Assembly: GCA_946965045.2 (NCBI GenBank)
Contig: OX337242.1
Location: 558,001 to 622,000 of the forward strand
Direction: 5' to 3'
Origin: Epithemia pelagica
Lineage: Eukaryota; Protista; Bacillariophyta
Length of the DNA stretch: 64,000 nt
In this document: positions 57,117 through 64,000 of the stretch, in pieces
Position numbering within the stretch: the stretch's first letter is position 1
How the letters are laid out: every line of letters starts with the position of its first letter
Made by a program: the position numbers and the translations under genes
The notes under the pieces: generated by a model
Databases searched by the model: none
Told to the model about the DNA's origin: nothing
The model's input: the letters and a program-made list of their open reading frames with translations, nothing else

Positions 57117-57657
57117 GGTGCCAAAGTATAACTCGACCGTTCCCCTTGAGACGTTGAGTGCATAATTCGCTGCTGAGAAGTTTTGAAACTGGACTACCGA
57201 GAAACTCAAAGTACCATGGCTTCTCTCTGTGGTCGCCAAACGAGGCTCCACAGTTTTCATCGATGGCATTGGAATGCGTCACGAAGTCATGTTGTTGAAC
57301 AATGCTTGGCGTTAATCTTTGTGTGAGCCATCGCCGATTTTGCATGAGCACCGCCTGCAGCTGCATCCCTTAGGATTGCGTGGAGCATCCTATCGGACAA
57401 GCGTCGCAAAAATGAAATTGCGAGAACAGCTCAAGACGAATAGATTTTGCTGCTTGTAACCCGGTGCTCTATGATAGACATTGACTGTTACAATATTGCA
57501 AGAACGAGTTCTTTTCCTCTAGTTGTCGAACAGAGTTTGTCTATTGCTACGTCAGGACTTTTTGTTTCTGTCGCTCAAGGTACATGGGATCGTTTGTCAT
57601 TGCGATGGGGTGAATAGAAACCTACGGTGGATGCCCATGGTCATGGTCCATCCCATC

Positions 57658-57790
57658 ATACCCCCAAGCGCCGGGCGAGTATTGAGTCGCACTTAAAAAG
57701 GGCTTTCGTATACTCACCCCCATGGCGCGATCCTGAGCTCTCGGTGTTGATACAAAATGCCAAGCATCTCCCCACTGTCATCACGGTGGT
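57658..57790 (-). pseudogene. Degraded fragment paralogous to the 59270-59460 segment
   Basis: Translates FVST…RHGGEYTKALFKCDSILARRLGV*, compared with FVST…RHGGENTNAYFLRLRRDSKLTRRWGV on the plus strand at 59.3-59.45 kb. Confidence 0.4.
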
Positions 57791-58327
57791 GAAGGTGTAG
57801 GGGTCCCAAATCGATCTCCATCATGTCCATGTCTTCCCACAAATGACACTGTGTCGCTCAAACCACACCAAGAGAACCTTACGGGGCGCGATGATACTCT
57901 GGAGCATCGATGGCATCCACAGGAGAGGGTTCTAGGGAGAGGTAAATCGCCAAAACTTTCACTCCTGTCTCACAGAACAATTCATCGCCCAAACTGGGTG
58001 TTTCCCTGTTTCCTTTCTCTTCTTCCGTTGCGGGTGTAACCGTACGAGCGGAGTACAACATAAATCATAAGAAGGAAGACGACTAAGACGAAAATAGCAC
58101 AACAATCAACCATATGTGGCTGCATCGACAGATGGTGAGTCAGGAGAAGTCAGAGATAAAGACAAGGACTTGATGACAATCAACCACAGTCTGCTTCATG
58201 GCAGAAACATGGCCATGATCCTAGCAAAGACAACAGCGAAGGATACGCAACAATCAGCTAATGAAACAACATAATAATCAGCATCTGTGATCATGCAACA
58301 ATCAGACAGCAAAACAACTTATTACAA

Positions 58328-59463
58328 TTGCCAATTCCAAGAGGAGCTACCGGTAGTGGCTGGGCAAAAACAAGCAAATGGTTCATTATTTGTCTTATTG
58401 TTGTTTTCTTTCTATCTTGGCTTGGTATGAAAGTGGATGCAAAACGAAGACAAAGAGTACACAATAATCAGCCACAATTTGGGATATGGATGAGGAACCA
58501 TGATTGGTCGTTTCCAGTGCCGGTACTTGTCCTCCATTGGTGGTGATCGCTTACTAGAAATTCTTTTCCTCTTCATTGCGACTCAAACTCTTTAATCGAT
58601 CGGAAAATGCGACGGCCATGGTGGAAATCCGACACAACGTACTTGAAACCAATTTGGAGCTCTTCATTGTTTTGTTGGTAGCTTCCTCATCCTCCTTGTA
58701 GTCTTCTCGCAACAAGGTTCATACAAGTTGTTGTTCCTTCAGAGGCAAGAATAACCAATTGGCACGTGATTACGGGGTAGTGATCACGAGTTGCAACTTT
58801 CGCCAAGCCGAACAGGGATGCAACACGAGGCCTGAGATCAAGGCCAATTGCAACCGGGGACGGTCCAAGTTAAAAACAAATGCAGATCCATCAGGATTAA
58901 TCCAGTCGCACCCAACAGATAGGTAACGACCACATCTGGTGGATTGTTGTGATAAATTTGTTGTGACAGAGTTGAAATGAGTGTATTCCAACCTTGTAGT
59001 GGTATGAAAGGAGGATGGCCCGTTCCCATAGCGGCAATTGGAAAGAGGGAGTGGTGGGCGAATGCGAAGAGGGTCGGTGGAGGGAAATGTGGTTGTCTTG
59101 TGGGCTTGTAGACACGTCGTTGCTTCCAGTCATGATGGTGGAAATGGTGCTTGAGTGTGGCAGTTCGGCAGACACAACAGCAATGTTTCAGTGGGAGTTC
59201 AATAGCCGAGGCCCTTCAGTAGTGGCTATAAAACAGACCTGCAAGCAGGTGCGCTGTAGCAGCTCCAATTGCCGATGCACTGGACCTCACTTGGTTGGGT
59301 CCACGGTGGAACTGTGGAGGTGAAAATGGATTTGTATCAACCTCGAGAAATCGCCAAATTTGGAGGACGCGCCATGGGGGTGAGAACACGAATGCATATT
59401 TTCTCCGACTCAGGCGGGATTCAAAACTCACCCGGCGCTGGGGGGTACATCCCATCAGCTGAA
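58328..59463 (+). pseudogene. Degraded type II membrane-protein-like gene
   Basis: An N-terminal TM (WFIICLIVVFFLSWLGM) and a protein-like 3' block LGPRWNCGGENGFVSTSRNRQIWRTRHGGENTNAYFLRLRRDSKLTRRWGVHP are separated by many stops and frame changes. Confidence 0.35.
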
Positions 59464-60065
59464 GAGTTGAAGCGATCCATGATCACAAGACAGAATTTTG
59501 AGTCGATTTTGAACTATTTTTGTCGGATTGTTTCTTTTTTCGTTTTATTTTTCTAATTCTCTTAAAACAGCTTTCTGTCGTCTCAGTGTCTCCCATTACT
59601 TGCAGAAAGGCTTCTTTCCAGCATCATCTCTTTCACGACTCACCGATCTGGTGGGAATGACTTTGCAATCCATGGATATCGGTAATCGGTAGTGGACAAT
59701 CGATCTAATCGACGAAGTTTGAACGAAAGAAATAGATCTAAAACTGATCGACGCGACCGACAGACTTCGAATCTAACTGCAGGAAGTAAGAATGAAATAA
59801 TACGAATGATCCCATACCGTCTGCCACCTCAGACCACCGCAGATTTCGGAAAGTCGTTTCCAACAAAAAGATCGAGATCTTCGTTGTTACGGTTCATTTT
59901 TTCATTCAAGCTTCAAGCGCCTCTTTCTCACAAAACGCAAGTGAGATCCTTTTCTCTCCAACGGCTACTTGTCGTCGATTGGCATTCATCGTTGTTGAAT
60001 CGCATCCTTGGACGACCACTTTGGTTCTCGATCGCGTTGTCCTGGAGATACGATATCATCCAACC

Positions 60066-60422
60066 ATGCCTGGAATGATTAGTCGCTCGTTGCGATTCTC
60101 CAACATGAGGAAATCGCCGTATGGATCCCTGCCTTGCAGAGATTACTACTATGAAGACACCAGGTACTCGGCCACCTCTTCTCAACGATCGACTGCAAGC
60201 GCATCATCCTCGTCGTCGTCAAGACCAGGATCCATACCCACGTCCCCCAACTTGTCGTGCTGTACGAGTTCCCAAGTTCTCTCTTCCATGATCACGCCTC
60301 CCTCCTCCCCCCATCGGGGTCCTTCGAACCATGACGCACTGTGGGGAACCAAAGTAGCAACGACAACAATCTGTGAAGACGACAGCTGGGGATACTTTGT
60401 GGATATTGACGATTCCTTGTAG
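60066..60422 (+). CDS. Short Ser-rich disordered protein with a C-terminal WGYFVD motif (member 3)
   Basis: MPGMISRSLRFSN…ALWGT…DDSWGYFVDI. Likely ATG at 60066. Confidence 0.65.
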   Translation: MPGMISRSLRFSNMRKSPYGSLPCRDYYYEDTRYSATSSQRSTASASSSSSSRPGSIPTSPNLSCCTSSQVLSSMITPPSSPHRGPSNHDALWGTKVATTTICEDDSWGYFVDIDDSL

Positions 60423-61074
60423 TCTCAACATCTGCAGACAGTGAATGACACAAAAAGACGCATTCCAATAGAAACCATGACTGGTGGACCCTACTATCTC
60501 ATGCAAAAGGAAACATGACAAGAATACGGCCTTGTTCCTTGCAAGAAATCAGAGAAGCCGTGGGCCACCATCCTCTCAATACACACAATACACACAATAG
60601 ATACAACCATAGATTTAAACAGAATAGATACACGCGCTCAAGACCATCTTAACTAGTTCTCGCACACAACATTTACCAAGCATTCTTCTCGTTTCCCAGC
60701 ATCGACCTAAGAAGACGGTCGGTGATGCGTTGATCCAACGGCCAAAAGCGGTCGGAGTGGACATCATGGTGGGATTACACCCAACTCGGCCAAAAACTAA
60801 AATAGCCATGGTCCCATTCGTTGGATCGCGCATCGGACATCGGAGTATACCCACATTTCCCCGGGAAACCTGAAATGCGCACGGACAAGTCTGTCTTTCT
60901 CGTGGCATGGTATCTTCTTGTCGCCTGGCGTTCGTGTCTTTTGGGGGGCCCAACGGTAATAGGACATGTCTCATTCGTGTCTGATGACATTTCCAAACGT
61001 GAAAAGGTGATCTGATCTTGCACCTTCGTCAACTTCCGGGTGGATCTTTTTCTTGATGGCCACAAAAAGAGACA

Positions 61075-62142
61075 ATGGCGGAGAACGAACATCCTGCTTC
61101 CAGTATCCTAGAACCCGCTGGAGAGAAGGAAACAAAGAATATCATGTCCAGTGTTGGTCGCAAAGCAACTTCGATTGCCTTGCACAATGGTGTTGAGATG
61201 CCTTTGTTCCAATTGGGAACGGCACACATGGTTTTGCCCGGCAAACCCGATCCTCATGCCCCATCCGGCTTTTATGGTTTTCAACCAGAACGAACGTACC
61301 GTCAAACGGAATTGGCATTGCGAGCTGGGATACGGGCATTTGATACTGCCTTGAATTATCGGAGTCACTCGGCACTGAGTCATGTGTTGGGCGAATGGTG
61401 GCGCACGGGTCAACTGACGGATCGGCATTCCGTGTGGGTCACGTCCAAAATTCTCAATCCTCGCAACAATGCCATCATGTTCAAGACGAATCGATTTTGT
61501 GATTTGCCAAACATGACACCCGAACAAGTGGCAGTGCAAACGGAACAACATTTCGAAAAGGCCTTGCTCGAGCTCAATATTGGATACATTGATCTCATGT
61601 TGTTGCATTGGCCTGCTGCCGGGCCGGGGGAGGGAACACCCACCTTGAATCGACAACAGCGTCGGGCTGCCTGGCAAGTCTTGGAAACCATGTATGAAAA
61701 GGGATGGTGTCGAGCGATTGGGGTTTCCAATTACGATGTAAAACATTTGGAGCAACTCCAACAAGACGGTGCACGCATTCTTCCCATGGTGAATCAGATC
61801 GAAGCCAGCGTTGAAGTACAACATGTCGAAATTCGAAATTATTGCCGCCGTCATGGTATTGTGCCTCAAGCGTATTCTGTCTTGAGAGGTCTCGGTTCGA
61901 CGCCTCCTCCGATTTTGGCCGAATTGGGCAAGAAATACAACAAGGACATGGGTCAAATTGCCTACCGGTACTTGATTCAACATGGGTATGCGATTGTGTA
62001 CTTGACCACATCGGAACAACGAATGATGTCCAATACCAATGTGTTTGATTTTGAGCTTGACGCCGATGAAATGGAGGCCATTGATAAGCTGAATACCCCT
62101 GAAGGAGGATGGGGACTTCCCAAACCACAAGAAATTGATTAG
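61075..62142 (+). CDS. Aldo-keto reductase family oxidoreductase
   Basis: GIRAFDTALNY, VWVTSK, YIDLMLLHWP, RAIGVSNY, VNQIE and FDFEL motifs. Confidence 0.95.
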   Translation: MAENEHPASSILEPAGEKETKNIMSSVGRKATSIALHNGVEMPLFQLGTAHMVLPGKPDPHAPSGFYGFQPERTYRQTELALRAGIRAFDTALNYRSHSALSHVLGEWWRTGQLTDRHSVWVTSKILNPRNNAIMFKTNRFCDLPNMTPEQVAVQTEQHFEKALLELNIGYIDLMLLHWPAAGPGEGTPTLNRQQRRAAWQVLETMYEKGWCRAIGVSNYDVKHLEQLQQDGARILPMVNQIEASVEVQHVEIRNYCRRHGIVPQAYSVLRGLGSTPPPILAELGKKYNKDMGQIAYRYLIQHGYAIVYLTTSEQRMMSNTNVFDFELDADEMEAIDKLNTPEGGWGLPKPQEID

Positions 62143-62814
62143 CAACAATATAGACTTGCTCTTGTTGTTACAGCAAAATTGACCACGAATGAAGGTCATG
62201 AAAACCACCATGGTCATTGTGTACTAGGAGTAATCCTAGAGTAGGATACCGTCTTCTTTGCATAGCTACCTGCTGTTGAAAAACAAAAGAGTACAGCCCA
62301 CAGGTAGTAGTCATTCCAATTTCTGGGGGTAGGCGGTCATTCTCGTCATTTCTCTGGGGGAGGAGACGCACAAAAAATCGCTCTCGAACAGATCCAACAT
62401 CCAACACACAACAAAAACAAACTGGAGATTGATGGTGTGATTGTGTGAGAGACAGGGATAGAAAAGATTTATTGGACATCCTGTGATCTTTCTGCGTGAT
62501 CGAGATTATCAGTGTTTGGTGTTGTGATAGCGGAGCTGAGACTGAGAGAGAGAGAGAGAGAGAACAGAAAGGAGTGTGTGACAACGCCTCCCCCAAATTC
62601 ATCACATTGATCGAATACAACATTTTGGTATCCCGTCCCTGTCGATCCAGCAACTTTGGATCTTGGCTTGTTCCACGTAGACAACGAATTGTCGCGCAAC
62701 GAGAGGCGCAAGCTGCTGTTTCTGCATCAACACGAAAGATTGTCGAAACAACGACGACTGTCTACGGTACAGCCAAACACGCGTGACGCAAATTGATATT
62801 ATAACACAGAAAGC

Positions 62815-63192
62815 ATGATTATCGATGCATCCACAATTGTGTTGACGCTATTAATGGTCTCTGTGGGCCTGTATGGTGGGTTGCAATTGATTCGTAAATT
62901 TGCTTTGGAAATTGCGCAAGAAAATCATGATGCCATGGCTATTTTGGATCAACGAGCCGAAGAAGAACGAGTTCGAAAAGAACGGGCGGCAGATGCCGCA
63001 GCCAGTTCAGCCTTTGCCAAGGTACAACCCATTGTCACCCAACTGGCACAAAAACAACCACAACATCAACAACAACAACAGCATGTGTCAAAGGCCAAAC
63101 TGGGGGAATTGAGGACACCGGGACAAGCGCCAAGCGCTTCACCACCCTCCACGGCATCGGCATCTCTTCAAGATATGGTGGACAGCGTCTAA
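62815..63192 (+). CDS. Small single-TM hypothetical protein
   Basis: N-terminal TM (IVLTLLMVSVGLYGGL), a charged coiled coil and a Gln-rich tail. Confidence 0.6.
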   Translation: MIIDASTIVLTLLMVSVGLYGGLQLIRKFALEIAQENHDAMAILDQRAEEERVRKERAADAAASSAFAKVQPIVTQLAQKQPQHQQQQQHVSKAKLGELRTPGQAPSASPPSTASASLQDMVDSV

Positions 63193-63596
63193 CCAACTAC
63201 ATCCTGCTCTGACATTGTAGCGAATGGAGACAACCGTATGGATGAAACAGCAAAACTTTCTTCTTCCTAGAGCAGAGACGGGCAATTTTGTGTAACATTA
63301 TATACACTAGCGAAACATATTTAACAGAAACTCACCTCTCCTTTTTCCTCTGGACAAAGGAATTCCTTGTTCGAGAAGACTTCTGTTCATTTCAATGCAC
63401 GGATCCAATGAATCTAACCACCATTTCGGGGTTCTCGCCAACAAAGGCGTTCGACATGGATTCGAGGGAGAATCAAACCAACAATGGGTGTTGAATGATA
63501 TTCTCATTCAGCAACCCAAAACCGTCCTTGATTCGAATGACGTCCTTTTGGAGACTGTCCTCCGTATTCTGTTTCTGCCTCTAGTTCGGGCCGTCG

Positions 63597-64000
63597 TTAC
63601 ACGGGTGGTAATTGGGTTCGACAGGTGGGACACTTCAGTTTGATTTCCATCCATTGCAAAAGACAGGTTTTGTGAAAGACGTGATTGCACGGTGCCAACA
63701 TGTACGTGGTCGGACGCGTTGTTGCGTCCACAATGGGTTCCAAACAGATGCTACATTCCAATTCACAGCATGTGGTACTTTTTGTAATCGAAGATGACAT
63801 CCAGGAGGTGAAAGACGACCTGGAAACAGAACCGACATTTGTTGGTGTCTTTGACGTGGATGAATGTTCATTGGATACCGCGTTGGACTTGTCTCGTTTT
63901 CGTCGCAAGCGCTGGCGGAGAGATGGGTGAGATGCGGACCAAACGGATGAAGACGACGGAGGAGAGGCAGTATACGAGCACACAGTTGCTCTATCGAATG
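63597..64000 (-). CDS. 3' part of a RING-H2 E3 ligase (TUL1/DSC-like C-terminus); 5' end lies outside the window
   Basis: CSIC…YMLAPCNHVFHKTCLLQWMEIKLKCPTCRTQLPP. The frame is open to the window edge. Confidence 0.85.
   Translation of the reverse strand, partial: FDRATVCSYTASPPSSSSVWSASHPSLRQRLRRKRDKSNAVSNEHSSTSKTPTNVGSVSRSSFTSWMSSSITKSTTCCELECSICLEPIVDATTRPTTYMLAPCNHVFHKTCLLQWMEIKLKCPTCRTQLPPV

Noticed and set aside
61108-62217. 369-aa minus-strand ORF as an overlapping gene
   Set aside because: It is the codon-aligned antisense shadow of the aldo-keto reductase and has no motifs. The same applies to 23799-24827 and other long overlapping ORFs.
1-64000. tRNA, rRNA, spliceosomal snRNA and telomeric repeats
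   Set aside because: I found no cloverleaf with a TΨC arm, rRNA block, U1/U2/U5/U6 signature or TTAGGG array by eye. tRNAscan-SE and Infernal/Rfam would be needed to exclude them.

Overview
This is eukaryotic nuclear DNA with compact genes, short GT-AG introns and bipartite signal-like N-termini. The gene content and style point to a pennate diatom, which is an inference. Recognisable genes: RPS30, a CHK2-like SQ/TQ-FHA-kinase, mitochondrial uL13, SNIP1-like FHA, an LRAT/NC-domain protein, bacterial-type asnA, a FABP-like protein, an aldo-keto reductase and two RING proteins. Lineage-expanded families: three RNI-like LRR genes, two tandem double-PDZ genes and three short proteins ending in WGYFVD. 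About 23-39 kb is an accessory zone. It holds a broken bacterial-style adhesin-like gene, a foldback element, a Harbinger-like MITE, a 76-bp palindrome, degraded ORFs, a ~320-bp tandem repeat and a secreted Cys-rich protein made of two near-identical 678-bp units. A hAT derivative lies at 1.7-2.3 kb. The best novelty candidates are an intronless TIR-domain gene with a bacterial-looking C-terminal domain next to an LRR gene (48-51.5 kb), and the WGYFVD cluster (55-60.5 kb). Several genes carry 1-nt indels, often in homopolymers, so assembly error must be excluded before calling pseudogenes. I saw no tRNA, rRNA or CRISPR array. All family calls come from motif recognition by eye; no database search was run.
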